Source: Amphiscolops sp. MND2022 (lineage: Eukaryota). Taken from it: 64,000 nt of DNA. Shown piece by piece: positions 46,561 through 61,500 of this stretch. The notes below the pieces were generated by a model. It was not told where the DNA came from, did no database searches, and saw only the letters and a program-made list of their open reading frames with translations. Both the position numbers and the translations under genes were made by a program. How positions within the stretch are numbered: position 1 is the first letter of the stretch; every line of letters starts with the position of its first letter. The DNA lies in contig OZ076421.1 of NCBI GenBank assembly GCA_964187785.1, positions 50,096,001 through 50,160,000 of the forward strand, read 5' to 3'.

Positions 46561-49500
46561 AATTCGGTACTTTCAAGCAACCAACTTCGACTCCATTTCC
46601 AAATGTATTTATATTTCTGGTCGTTGAAGCATGTATTGTTTCGAACAGGAACAAGAAAGTCCAAATCCTCGTGGATTCAGAAGAGTCAGATTCAAACGAA
46701 CAAGAGAAGTATAAAACTTGAGAATACAGCTATTGGGTTCCGTTGAAATCTCGATGTGGCTTTGCAAATAATTGCGTTTTTTCTAGAACTAGTGACGAAG
46801 ACTGTGAACACCTACCACCTCCGAATGTGGTACCAACAGTCCTGGAAGCAAAGTAAAAACCTTTAAAAAATTCCAATGAACAAAAAGTTAGAAGGTGCAG
46901 TTCCTCATGCGTTCTGCGTTTCAGCAAACGAAAGCGAATTACAACGAGGAAAGAAGAAAACTATCAAAACTTTATTGGAAACCAAGTCAAGAAACATTGG
47001 ATACCGAAATGGTAAAAACTGTAATTTTAGATTAGATGCAGTCCAATGCATTTCAAAGCAGGAATACAACCGCAGACTGAGAGTGAGTATCTCATTCAAA
47101 AGTAATGTGTCAAAAATTTAACAGTTTTGTTTTTGGTAAGTTATATACTTTGTACTAAAATAATTTTTCAGCTCGGAAATCAGTACTTGTTCAACGATAT
47201 TAAAACGATGTTCATCGACGCCGAGAACGAAGAAACTGCTGGTCTAGCGCGATACATGAACAAAGACCATCGAAAACCAAATGCCAAAGCTGTCAATTAC
47301 GTCGACTCCAGTGAGATATTTTAGATAAAACTACCAAATCTCATCAATTTTTTCCTTCAGGAGGAATACCACAAGTCCAATTCGTCGCCATCCGCGAACG
47401 ATGAGGAAGTCAGTTACAACTATAATGGACTTGACCTCACTTGGAGGACAATTGGGTACTTTCAAGCAACCAACTTCGACTCCATTTCCAAATTCATTTA
47501 TATTTCTGGTCGTTGAAGCATGTATTGTTTCGAACAGGGACACGAAAGTCAAAATCCTCGTGGATTCAGAAGAGTCAGATTCAAACGAACAAGAGAAGTA
47601 CAAAACTTGAGAATACAGCTATTGGGTTCGGTTGAAATCTCGATAAGGCTTTGCAAATAATTGCGTTTTTTCTAGAGCTAGTAACGAAGACTGTGAACAC
47701 CTACCACCTGCGATTATGGTATCAACAGTCCTGGAAGCAAAGTAAAAACCTTTAAAATATTCCAATGAACAAAAAGTTCGAAGGTGCAGTTCCTCATGCG
47801 TTCTGCGTTTCAGCAAACGAAAACGAATTACAACGAGGAAAGAAGAAAACTATCAAAACTTTATTGGAAACCAAGTCAAGAAACATTGAATACGGAATTG
47901 GTAAAAACTGTATTTTTAGATTAGATGCAGTCCAATGCATTTCAAAGCAGGAATACAACCGCAGACTGAGAGTGAGTATCTCATTCAAAAGTAATGTGTC
48001 AAAAACTTAACAGTTTTGTTTTTGGTAAGTTATAAACTTTGTACTAAAACAATTTTTCAGCTCGGAAATCAGTACTTGTTCACCGATATTGAAACGATGT
48101 TCATCGACGCCGAGAACGAAGAAACTGCTGGTCTAGCGCGCTACATGAACAATGACCATCGAAAACCAAATGCCAAAGCTGTCCATTACGTCGACTCCAG
48201 TGAGATATTTTACAGATAAAACTACCAATTCTCATCAATTTTTTTTCCTTCAGGAGGAATAGCACAAGTCCAATTCGTCGCCATCCGCGAAAGATGAGGA
48301 AGTCAGTTACAACTATAATGGACTTGACCTCACTTGGAGGACAATTGGGTACTTTCAAGCAACCAACTTCGACTCCATTTCCAAATTTATTTATATTTCT
48401 GGTCGTTGAAGCATGTATTGTTTCGAACAGGAACAAGGAAGTCAAAATCCTCGTGAATTCAGAAGAGTAAATTCAAACGAACAAGAGAAGTATAAAACTT
48501 GGAAAAAACAGCTATTGGGTTCCGTTGAAATCTCGATGCGGCTTTGCAAATAATTGCGTTTTTTCTAGAGCTAGTTACGAAGACTGTGAACACCTACCAC
48601 CTCCGAATATGGTACCAACAGTCCTGGAAGCAAAGTAAAAACCTTTAAAATATTCCAATGAACAAAAAGTTAGAAAGTGCAGTTCCTCATGCGTTCTGCG
48701 TTTCAGCAAACGAAAACGAATTACGAGGAAAGAAGAAAACTATCAAAACTTTATTGGAAACCAAGTCAAGAAACATTGAATACGGAATTGGTAAAAACTG
48801 TATTTTTAGATTAGATGCAGTCCAATGCATTTCAAAGCAGGAATACAACCGCAGACTGAGAGTGAGTATCTCATTCAAAAGTAATGTGTCAAAAACTTAA
48901 CAGTTTTGTTTTTGGTAAGTTATAAACTTTGTACTAAAACAATTTTTCAGCTCGGAAATCAGTACTTGTTCACCGATATTGAAACGATGTTCATCGACGC
49001 CGAGAACGAAGAAACTGCTGGTCTAGCGCGCTACATGAACAATGACCATCGAAAACCAAATGCCAAAGCTGTCCATTACGTCGACTCCAGTGAGATATTT
49101 TACAGATAAAACTACCAATTCTCATCAATTTTTTTCCTTCAGGAGGAATAGCACAAGTCCAATTCGTCGCCATCCGCGAAAGATGAGGAAGTCAGTTACA
49201 ACTATAATGGACTTGACCTCACTTGGAGGACAATTGGGTACTTTCAAGCAACCAACTTCGACTCCATTTCCAAATTTATTTATATTTCTGGTCGTTGAAG
49301 CATGTATTGTTTCGAACAGGAACAAGAAAGTCAAAATCCTCGTGAATTCAGAAGAGTAAATTCAAACGAACAAGAGAAGTATAAAACTTGGAAAAAACAG
49401 CTATTGGGTTCCGTTGAAATCTCGATGCGGCTTTGCAAATAATTGCGTTTTTTCTAGAGCTAGTAACGAAGACTGTGAACACCTACCACCTCCGAATATG

Positions 49501-52500
49501 GTACCAACAGTCCTGGAAGCAAAGTAAAAACCTTTAAAATATTCCAATGAACAAAAAGTTAGAAGGTGCAGTTCCTCATGCGTTCTGCGTTTCAGCAAAC
49601 GAAAACGAATTACGAGGAAAGAAGAAAACTATCAAAACTTTATTGGAAACCAAGTCAAGAAACATTGAATACGGAATTGGTAAAAACTGTATTTTTAGAT
49701 TAGATGCAGTCCAATGCATTTCAAAGCAGGAATACAACCGCAGACTGAGAGTGAGTATCTCATTCAAAAGTAATGTGTCAAAAACTTAACAGTTTTGTTT
49801 TTGGTAAGTTATATACTTTGTACTAAAATAATTTTTCAGCTCGGAAATCAGTACTTGTTCAACGATATTAAAACGATGTTCATCGACGTCGAGAACGAAG
49901 AAACTGCTGGTCTAGAGCGATACATGAACAAAGACCATCGAAAACCAAATGCCAAAGCTGTCAATTAAGTCGACTCCAGTGAGATATTTTAGATAAAACT
50001 ACCAAATCTCATCAATTTTTTTCCTTCAGGAGGAATACCACAAGTCCAATTCGTCGCCATCCGCGAAAGATGAGGAAGTCAGTTACAATTATAATGGACT
50101 TGACCTCACTTGGCGGACAATTGGGTACTTTCAAGCAACCAACTTCGACTCCATTTCCAAATTCATTTATATTTCTGGTCGTTGAAGCATGTGTTGTTTC
50201 GAACAGGAACAAGAAAGTCAAAATCCTCGTGAATTCAGAAGAGTCAGATTCAAACGACCAAGAGAAGAATAAAACTTGAGATTACAGCTATTGGGTTCCG
50301 TTGAAATCTCGATGCAGCTTTGCAAATAATTGCGTTTTTTCTAGAACTAGTGACGAAGACTGTGATCACCTACCACCTCCGAATGCGGTACCAACAGATC
50401 TGGAAGCAAAGTAAAAACCTTTAAAATATTCCAAGTGAACAAAACGTTAGAAGGTGCAGTTCCTCATGCGTTCTGCGTTTCAGCAAACGAAAGCAAATTA
50501 CAACGAAGAAAAAAGAAAACTATCAAAATTTTATTGGAAACCAAGTCAAGAAAAATTGAATACCGAAATGGTAAAAACTGTAATTTTAGATTAGATGCAG
50601 TCCAACGCATTTATAAGCAGGAATACAACCGCAGACTGAGAGTGAGTATCTCATTCAGAAGTAATGTGTCAAAAACTTAACAGTTTTGTTTTTGGTAAGT
50701 TATAAACTTTGTACTAAAACAATTTTTCAGCTCGGAAATCAGTACTTGTTCACCGATATTGAAACGATGTTCATCGACGCCGAGAACGAAGAAACTGCTG
50801 GTCTAGCGCGCTACATGAACAATGACCATCGAAAACCAAATGCCAAAGCTGTCCATTACGTCGACTCCAGTGAGATAATTTACAGATAAAACTACCAATT
50901 CTCATCAATTCTTTTCCTTCAGGAGGAATAGCACAAGTCCAATTCGTCGCCATCCGCGAAAGATGAGGAAGTCAGTTACAACTATAATGGACTTGACCTC
51001 ACTTGGAGGACAATTGGGTACTTTCAAGCAACCAACTTCGACTCCATTTCCAAATTTATTTATATTTCTGGTCGATGAAGCATGTATTGTTTCGAACAGG
51101 AACAAGAAAGTCAAAATCCTCGTGAATTCAGAAGAGTAAATTCAAACGAACAAGAGAAGTATAAAACTTGGAAAAAACAGCTATTGGGTTCCGTTGAAAT
51201 CTCGATGCGGCTTTGCAAATAATTGCGTTTTTTCTAGAGCTAGTAACGAAGACTGTGAACACCTACCACCTCCGAATATGGTACCAACAGTCCTGGAAGC
51301 AAAGTAAAAACCTTTAAAATATTCCAATGAACAAAAAGTTAGAAGGTGCAGTTCCTCATGCGTTCTGCGTTTCAGCAAACGAAAACGAATTACGAGGAAA
51401 GAAGAAAACTATCAAAACTTTATTGGAAACCAAGTCAAGAAACATTGAATACGGAATTGGTAAAAACTGTATTTTTAGATTAGATGCAGTCCAATGCATT
51501 TCAAAGCAGGAATACAACCGCAGACTGAGAGTGAGTATCTCATTCAAAAGTAATGTGTCAAAAACTTAACAGTTTTGTTTTTGGTAAGTTATATACTTTG
51601 TACTAAAATAATTTTTCAGCTCGGAAATCAGTACTTGTTCAACGATATTAAAACGATGTTCATCGACGTCGAGAACGAAGAAACTGCTGGTCTAGAGCGA
51701 TACATGAACAAAGACCATCGAAAACCAAATGCCAAAGCTGTCAATTAAGTCGACTCCAGTGAGATATTTTAGATAAAACTACCAAATCTCATCAATTTTT
51801 TTCCTTCAGGAGGAATACCACAAGTCCAATTCGTCGCCATCCGCGAAAGATGAGGAAGTCAGTTACAATTATAATGGACTTGACCTCACTTGGCGGACAA
51901 TTGGGTACTTTCAAGCAACCAACTTCGACTCCATTTCCAAATTCATTTATATTTCTGGTCGTTGAAGCATGTGTTGTTTCGAACAGGAACAAGAAAGTCA
52001 AAATCCTCGTGAATTCAGAAGAGTCAGATTCAAACGACCAAGAGAAGAATAAAACTTGAGAATACAGCTATTGGGTTCCGTTGAAATCTCGTTGCAGCTT
52101 TGCAAATAATTGCGTTTTTTCTAGAACTAGTGACGAAGACTGTGATCACCTACCACCTCCGAATGCGGTACCAACAGATCTGGAAGCAAAGTAAAAACCT
52201 TTAAAATATTCCAAGTGAACAAAACGTTAGAAGGTGCAGTTCCTCATGCGTTCTGCGTTTCAGCAAACGAAAGCAAATTACAACGAAGAAAAAAAAACTA
52301 TCAAAACTTTATTGGAAACCAAGTCAAGAAAAATTGAATACCGAAATGGTAAAAACTGTAATTTTAGATTAGATGCAGTCCAACGCATTTATAAGCAGGA
52401 ATACAACCGCAAACTGAGAGTGAGTATCTCATCCAGAAGTAATGTGTCAAAAACTTAACAGTTTTGTTTTTGGTAAGTTATAAACTTTGTACTAAAACAA

Positions 52501-55500
52501 TTTTTCAGCTCGGAAATCAGTACTTGTTCACCGATATTGAAACGATGTTCATCGACGCCGAGAACGAAGAAACTGCTGGTCTAGCGCGCTACATGAACAA
52601 TGACCATCGAAAACCAAATGCCAAAGCTGTCCATTACGTCGACTCCAGTGAGATAATTTACAGATAAAACTACCAATTCTCATCAATTCTTTTCCTTCAG
52701 GAGGAATAGCACAAGTCCAATTCGTCGCCATCCGCGAAAGATGAGGAAGTCAGTTACAACTATAATGGACTTGACCTCACTTGGAGGACAATTGGGTACT
52801 TTCAAGCAACCAACTTCGACTCCATTTCCAAATTTATTTATATTTCTGGTCGTTGAAGCATGTATTGTTTCGAACAGGAACAAGAAAGTCAAAATCCTCG
52901 TGAATTCAGAAGAGTAAATTCAAACGAACAAGAGAAGTATAAAACTTGGAAAAAACAGCTATTGGGTTCCGTTGAAATCTCGATGCGGCTTTGCAAATAA
53001 TTGCGTTTTTTCTAGAGCTAGTAACGAAGACTGTGAACACCTAACACCTCCGAATATGGTACCAACAGTCCTGGAAGCAAAGTAAAAACCTTTAAAATAT
53101 TCCAATGAACAAAAAGTTAGAAGGTGCAGTTCCTCATGCGTTCTGCGTTTCAGCAAACGAAAACGAATTACGAGGAAAGAATAAAACTATCAAAACTTTA
53201 TTGGAAACCAAGTCAAGAAACATTGAATACGGAATTGGTAAAAACTGTATTTTTAGATTAGATGCAGTCCAATGCATTTCAAAGCAGGAATACAACCGCA
53301 GACTGAGAGTGAGTATCTCATTCAAAAGTAATGTGTCAAAAACTTAACAGTTTTGTTTTTGGTAAGTTATATACTTTGTACTAAAATAATTTTTCAGCTC
53401 GGAAATCAGTACTTGTTCAACGATATTAAAACGATGTTCATCGACGTCGAGAACGAAGAAACTGCTGGTCTAGAGCGATACATGAACAAAGACCATCGAG
53501 AACCAAATGCCAAAGCTGTCAATTACGTCGACTCCAGTGAGATATTTTAGATAAAACTACCAAATCTCATCAATTTTTTTCCTTCAGGAGGAATACCACA
53601 AGTCCAATTCGTCGCCATCCGCGAAAGATGAGGAAGTCAGTTACAACTATAATGGACTTGACCTCACTTGGCGGACAATTGGGTACTTTCAAGCAACCAA
53701 CTTCGACTCCATTTCCAAATTCATTTATATTTCTGGTCGTTGAAGCATGTGTTGTTTCGAACAGGAACAAGAAAGTCAAAATCCTCGTGAATTCAGAAGA
53801 GTCAGATTCAAACGACCAAGAGAAGAATAAAACTTGAGAATACAGCTATTGGGTTCCGTTGAAATCTCGATGCAGCTTTGCAAATAATTGCGTTTTTTCT
53901 AGAACTAGTGACGAAGACTGTGATCACCTACCACCTCCGAATGCGGTACCAACAGATCTGGAAGCAAAGTAAAAACCTTTAAAATATTCCAAGTGAACAA
54001 AACGTTAGAAGGTGCAGTTCCTCATGCGTTCTGCGTTTCAGCAAACGAAAGCAAATTACAACGAAGAAAAAAGAAAACTATCAAAACTTTATTGGAAACC
54101 AAGTCAAGAAAAATTGAATACCGAAATGGTAAAAACTGTAATTTTAGATTAGATGCAGTCCAACGCATTTATAAGCAGGAATACAACCGCAGACTGAGAG
54201 TGAGTATCTCATTCAGAAGTATTGTGTCAAAAACTTAACAGTTTTGTTTTTGGTAAGTTATATACTTTGTACTAAAATAATTTTTCAGCTCGGAAATCAG
54301 TACTTGTTCAACGGTATTAAAACGATGTTCATCGACGCCGAGAACGAAGAATCTGCTGGTCTAGCGCGATACATGAACAAAGACCATCGAAAACCAAATG
54401 CCAAAGCTGTCAATTACGTCGACTCCAGTGAGATATTTTACAGATAAAACTACCAATTCTCATCAATTTTTTTTCCTTCAGGAGGAATAGCACAAGTCCA
54501 ATTCGTCGCCATCCGCGAAAGATGAGGAAGTCAGTTACAACTATAATGGACTTGACCTCACTTGGAGGACAATTGGGTACTTTCAAGCAACCAACTTCGA
54601 CTCCATTTCCAAATTCATTTATATTTCTGGTCGTTGAAGCATGTATTGTTTCGAACAGGAACAAGAAAGTCAAAATCCTCGTGAATTCAGAAGAGTAAAT
54701 TCAAACGAACAAGAGAAGTATAAAACTTGGGAAAAACAGCTATTGGGTTCCGTTGAAATCTCGATGCGGCTTTGCAAATAATGCGTTTTTTCTAGAACTA
54801 GTGACGAAGACTGTGATCACCTACCACCTCCGAATGCGGTACCAACAGTCCTGGAAGCAAAGTAAAAACCTTTAAAATATTCCAAGTGAACAAAAAGTTA
54901 GAAGGTGCAGTTCCTCATGCGTTCTGCGTTTCAGCAAACAAAAGCGAATTACAACGAAAAAAAAAGAAAACTATCAAAACTTTATTGGAAACCAAGTCAA
55001 GAAAAATTGAATACCGAAATGGTAAAAACTGTATTTTTAGATTAGATGCAGCCCAACGCATTTATAAGCAGGAATACAACCGCAGACTGAGAGTGAGTAT
55101 CTCATTCGAAAGTAATGTGTTAAAAACTTAACAGTTTTGTTTTTGGTAAGTTATATACTTTGTACTAAAACAATTTTTCAGCTCGGAAATCAGTACTTGT
55201 TCACCGATATTGAAACGATGTTCATCGACGCCGAGAACGAAGAAACTGTTGGTCTAGCGCGATACATGAACAATGACCATCGAAAACCAAATGCCAAAGC
55301 TGTCAATTACGTCGACTCCAGTGAGATATTTTACAGATAAAACTACCAAATCTCATCAATTTTTTTCCTTCAGGAAGAATACCACAAGTCCAATTCGTCG
55401 CCATCCGCGAAAGATGATGAAGTCAGTTACAACTATAAAGGACTTGACCTCACTTGGAGGACAATTTGGTACTTTCAAGCAACCAACTTCGACTCCATTT

Positions 55501-58500
55501 CCAAATTTATTTATATTTCTGGTCGTTGAAGCATGTATTGTTTCGAACAGGAACAAGAAAGTCCAAATCCTCGTGGATTCAGAAGAGTCAGATTCAAACG
55601 AACAAGAGAAGTATAAAACTTGAGAATACAGCTATTGGGTTCCGTTGAAATCTCGATGTGGCTTTGCAAATAATTGCGTTTTTTCTAGAACTAGTGACGA
55701 AGACTGTGAACACATACCACCTCCGAATGCGGTACCAACAGTCCTGGAAGCAAAGTAAAAACCTTTAAAATATTCCAAGTGAACAAAAAGTTAGAAGGTG
55801 CAGTTCCTCATGCGTTCTGCGTTTCAGCAAACGAAAGCGAATTACAACGAAGAAAAAAGAAAACTATCAAAACTTTATTGGAAACCAAGTCAAGAAAAAT
55901 TGAATACCGAAATGGTAAAAACTGTATTTTTAGATTAGATGCAGTCCAACGCATTTCAAAGCAGGAAGACAACCGCAGACTGAGAGTGAGTATCTCATTC
56001 AAAAGTAATCTGTCAAAAACTTAACAGTTTTGTTTTTGGTAAGTTATATACTTTGTACTAAAACAATTTTTCAGCTCGGAAATCAGTACTTGTTCACCGA
56101 TATTGAAACGATGTTCATCGACGCCGAGAACGAAGAAACTACTGGTCTAGCGCGCTATATGAACAATGACCATCGAAAACCAAATGCCAAAGCTGTCCAT
56201 TACGTCGACTCCAGTGAGATATTTCACAGATAAAACTACCAATTCTCATCAATTTTTTTCCTTCAGGAGGAATAGCACAAGTCCAATTCGTCGCCATCCG
56301 CGAAAGATAAGAAAGTCAGTTACGACTATAATGGACTTGACCTCACTTGGAGGACAATTTGGTACTTTCAAGCAACCAACTTCGACTCCATTTCCAAAGT
56401 TATTTATATTTCTGGTCGTTGAAGAACAGGAACAAGAAAGTCAAAATCCTCGTGGATTCAGAAGAGTCAGATTCAAACGAACGAGAGAAGTATAAAACTT
56501 GAGAATACAGCTATTGGGTTCCGTTGAAATCTCGATGTGGCTTTGCAAATAATTGCGTTTTTTCTAGAACTAGTGGCGAAGACTGTGAACACCTACCACC
56601 TCCGAATGTGGTACCAACAGTCCTGGAAGCAAAGTAAAAACCTTTAAAAGATTCCAATGAACAAAAAGTTAGAAGGTGCAGTTCCTCATGCGTTCTGCGT
56701 TTCAGCAAACGAAAGCGAATTACAACGAGGAAAGAAGAAAACTATCAAAACTTTATTGGAAACCAAGTCAAGAAACATTGAATACCGAAATGGTAAAAAC
56801 TGTATTGTTAGATTAGATGCAGTGCAACGCATTTCCAAGCAGGAATACAACCGCAGACTGAGAGTGAGTATCTCATTCAAAAGTGATGTGTCAAAAACTT
56901 AACAGTTTTGTTTTTGGTAAGTTATATACTTTGTACTAAAACAATTTTTCAGCTCGGAAATCAGTACTTGTTCACCGATATTGAAACGATGTTCATCGAC
57001 GCCGAGAACGAAGAAACTACTGGTCTAGCGCGCTATATGAACAATGACCATCGAAAACCAAATGCCAAAGCTGTCCATTATGTCGACTCCAGTGAGATAT
57101 TTTACAGATAAAACTACCAATTCTCATCAATTTTTTTCCTTCAGGAGGAATAGCACAAGTCCAATTCGTCGCCATCCGCAAAAGATAAGAAAGTCAGTTA
57201 AGACTATAATGGACTTGACCTCACTTGGAGGACAATTTGGTACTTTCAAGCAACCAACTTCGACTCCATTTCCAAAGTTATTTATATTTCTGGTCGTTGA
57301 AGAACAGGAACAAGAAAGTCAAAATCCTCGTGGATTCAGAAGAGTCAGATTCAAACGAACGAGAGAAGTATAAAACTTGAGAATACAGCTATTGGGTTCC
57401 GTTGAAATCTCGATGTGGCTTTGCAAATAATTGCGTTTTTTCTAGAACTAGTGGCGAAGACTGTGAACACCTACCACCTCCGAATGTGGTACCAACAGTC
57501 CTGGAAGCAAAGTAAAAACCTTTAAAAGATTCCAATGAACAAAAAGTTAGAAGGTGCAGTTCCTCATGCGTTCTGCGTTTCAGCAAACGAAAGCGAATTA
57601 CAACGAGGAAAGAAGAAAACTATCAAAACTTTATTGGAAACCAAGTCAAGAAACATTGAATACCGAAATGGTAAAAACTGTATTGTTAGATTAGATGCAG
57701 TGCAACGCATTTCCAAGCAGGAATACAACCGCAGACTGAGAGTGAGTATCTCATTCAAAAGTGATGTGTCAAAAACTTAACAGTTTTGTTTTTGGTAAGT
57801 TATATACTTTGTACTAAAACAATTTTTCAGCTCGGAAATCAGTACTTGTTCACCGATATTGAAACGATGTTCATCGACGCCGAGAACGAAGAAACTACTG
57901 GTCTAGCGCGCTATATGAACAATGACCATCGAAAACCAAATGCCAAAGCTGTCCATTATGTCGACTCCAGTGAGATATTTTACAGATAAAACTACCAATT
58001 CTCATCAATTTTTTTCCTTCAGGAGGAATAGCACAAGTCCAATTCGTCGCCATCCGCGAAAGATAAGAAAGTCAGTTAAGACTATAATGGACTTGACCTC
58101 ACTTGGAGGACAATTTGGTACTTTCAAGCAACCAACTTCGACTCCATTTCCAAAGTTATTTATATTTCTGGTCGTTGAAGAACAGGAACAAGAAAGTCAA
58201 AATCCTCGTGGATTCAGAAGAGTCAGATTCAAACGAACGAGAGAAGTATAAAACTTGAGAATACAGCTATTGAGTTCCGTTGAAATCTCGATGTGGCTTT
58301 GCAAATAATTGCGTTTTTTCTAGAACTAGTGGCGAAGACTGTGAACACCTACCACCTCCGAATGTGGTACCAACAGTCCTGGAAGCAAAGTAAAAACCTT
58401 TAAAAGATTCCAATGAACAAAAAGTTAGAAGGTGCAGTTCCTCATGCGTTCTGCGTTTCAGCAAACGAAAGCGAATTACAACGAGGAAAGAAGAAAACTA

Positions 58501-61500
58501 TCAAAACTTTATTGGAAACCAAGTCAAGAAACATTGAATACCGAAATGGTAAAAACTGTATTGTTAGATTAGATGCAGTGCAACGCATTTCCAAGCAGGA
58601 ATACAACCGCAGACTGAGAGTGAGTATCTCATTCAAAAGTGATGTGTCAAAAACTTAACAGTTTTGTTTTTGGTAAGTTATATACTTTGTACTAAAACAA
58701 TTTTTCAGCTCGGAAATCAGTACTTGTTCACCGATATTGAAACGATGTTCATCGACGCCGAGAACGAAGAAACTGCTGGTCTAGCGCGCTACATGAACAA
58801 TGACCATCGAAAATCAAATGCCAAAGCTGTCCATTACGTCGACTCCAGTGAGATATTTTACAGATAAAACTACCAAATCTCATCAATTTTATTCCTTCAA
58901 GAGGAATACCACAAGTCCAATTCGTCGCCATCCGCGAAAGATAAGGAAGTCAGTTACGACTATAATGGACTTGACCTCACTTGGAGGACAATTGGGTACT
59001 TTCAAGCAACCAACTTCGACTCCATTTCCAAATTTATTTATATTTCTGGTCGTTGAAGCATGTATTGTTTCGAACAGGAACAAGAAAGTCAAAATCCTCG
59101 TGGCTTCAGAAGAGTAAATTCAAACGAACAAGAGAAGTATAAAACTTGGAGAATACAGCTATTGGGTTCCGTTGAAATCTCGATGCGGCTTTGCAATTAA
59201 TTGCGTTTTTTTCTAGATCTAGTGACGAAGACTGAACACCTACCACCTCCGAATGTGGTACCAACAGTCCTGGAAGCAAAGTAAAAACCTTTAAAATACT
59301 CCAATGAACAAAAAGTTAGAAGGTGCAGTTCCTCATGCGTTCTGCGTTTCTGCAAACGAAAGCGAATTACAACGAGGAAAGAAGAAAACTATCAAAACTT
59401 TATTGGAAACCAAGTCAAGAAAAATTGAATACCGAAATGTTAAAAACTGTATTTTTAGATTAGATGCAGTCCAACGCATTTCAAAGCAGGAAGACAACCG
59501 CAGACTGAGAGTGAGTATCTCATTCAAAAGTAATCTGTCAGAAAACTCAACAGTTTTGTTTTTGGTAAGTTATATACTTTGTACTAAAACAATTTTTCAG
59601 CTCGGAAATCAGTACTTGTTCACCGATATTGAAACGATGTTCATCGACGCCGAGAACGAAGAAACTGCTGGACTAGCGCGGTACATGAACAATGACCATC
59701 GAAAACCAAATGCCAAAGCTGTCAATTACGTCGACTCCAGTGAGATATTTTACAGATAAAACTACCAAATCTCATCATTTTTTTCCTTCAGGAGGAATAC
59801 CACAAGTCCAATTCGTCGCCATCCGCGGAAGATGAGGAAGTCAGTTACGACTATCAAGGACTTGACCTCACTTGGAGGACAATTGGGTACTTTCAAGCAA
59901 CCAACTTCGACTCCATTTCCAAAGTTATTTATATTTCTGGTCGTTGAAGCATGTATTGTTTCGAACAGGAACAAGAAAGTCAAAATCCTCGTGGATTCAG
60001 AAGAGTCAGATTCAAACGAACGAGAGAAGTATAAAACTTGAGAATACAGCTATTGGGTTCCGTTGAAATCTCGATGTGGCTTCGCAAATAATTGCGTTTT
60101 TTCTAAAACTAGTGGCGAAGACTGTGAACACCTACCACCTCCGAATGTGGTACCAACAGTCCTGGAAGCAAAGTAAAAACCTTTAAAAGATTCCAATGAA
60201 CAAAAAGTTATAAGGTGCAGTTCCTCATGCGTTCTGCGTTTCAGCAAACGAAAGCGAATTACAACGAGGAAAGAAGAAAACTATCAAAACTTTATTGGAA
60301 ACCAAGTCAAGAAACATTGAATACCGAAATGGTAAAAACTGTATTGTTAGATTAGATGCAGTCCAACGCATTTCCAAGCAGGAATACAACCGCAGACTGA
60401 GAGTGAGTATCTCATTCAAAAGTGATGTGTCAAAAACTTAACAGTTTTGCTTTTGGTAAGTTATATACGTTGTACTAAAACAATTTTTCAGCTCGGAAAT
60501 CAGTACTTGTTCACCGATATTGAAACGATGTTCATCGACGCCGAGAACGAAGAAACTGCTGGTCTAGCGCGCTACATGAACAATGACCATCGAAAATCAA
60601 ATGCCAAAGCTGTCCATTACGTCGACTCCAGTGAGATATTTTACAGATAAAACAACCAAATCTCATCAATTTTATTCATTCAGGAGGAATACCACAAGTC
60701 CAATTCGTCGCCATCCGCGAAAGATAAGGAAGTCAGTTACGACTATAATGGACTTGACCTCACTTGGAGGACAATTGGGTACTTTCAAGCAACCAACTTC
60801 GACTCCATTTCCAAATTTATTTATATTTCTGGTCGTTGAAGCATGTATTGTTTCGAACAGGAACAAGAAAGTCAAAATCCTCGTGGCTTCAGAAGAGTAA
60901 ATTCAAACGAACAAGAGAAGTATAAAACTTGGAAAATACAGCTATTGGGTTCCGTTGAAATCTCGATGCGGCTTTGCAAATAATTGGGTTTTTTTCTAGA
61001 ACTAGTGACGAAGACTGTGAACACCTACCACCTCCGAATGTGGTACCAACAGTCCTGGAAGCAAAGTAAAAACCTTTAAAATATTCCAAGTGAACAAAAA
61101 GTTAGAAGGTGCAGTTCCTCATGCGTTCTGCGTTTCAGCAAACGAAAGCGAATTACAACGAGGAAAGAAGAAAACTATCAAAACTTTATTGGAAACGAAG
61201 TCAAGAAACATTGAATACCGAAATGGTAAAAACTGTATTGTTAGATTAGATGCAGTCCAACGCATTTCCAAGCAGGAATACAACCGCAGACTGAGAGTGA
61301 GTATCTAATTCAAAAGTGATGTGTCAAAAACTTAACAGTTTTGTTTTTGGTAAGTTATATAATTTGTACTAAAACAATTTTTCAGCTCGGAAATCAGTAC
61401 TTGTTCACCGATATTGAAACGATGTTCATCGACGCCGAGAACGAAGAAACTGCTGGTCTAGCGCGCTACATGAACAATGACCATCGAAAACCAAATGCCA

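Noticed and set aside
59304-59759. 151-aa ORF as a restored SET protein
   Set aside because: It arises from loss of one intronic stop, reads through intron sequence, and lacks both SET motif I and the YDY motif.
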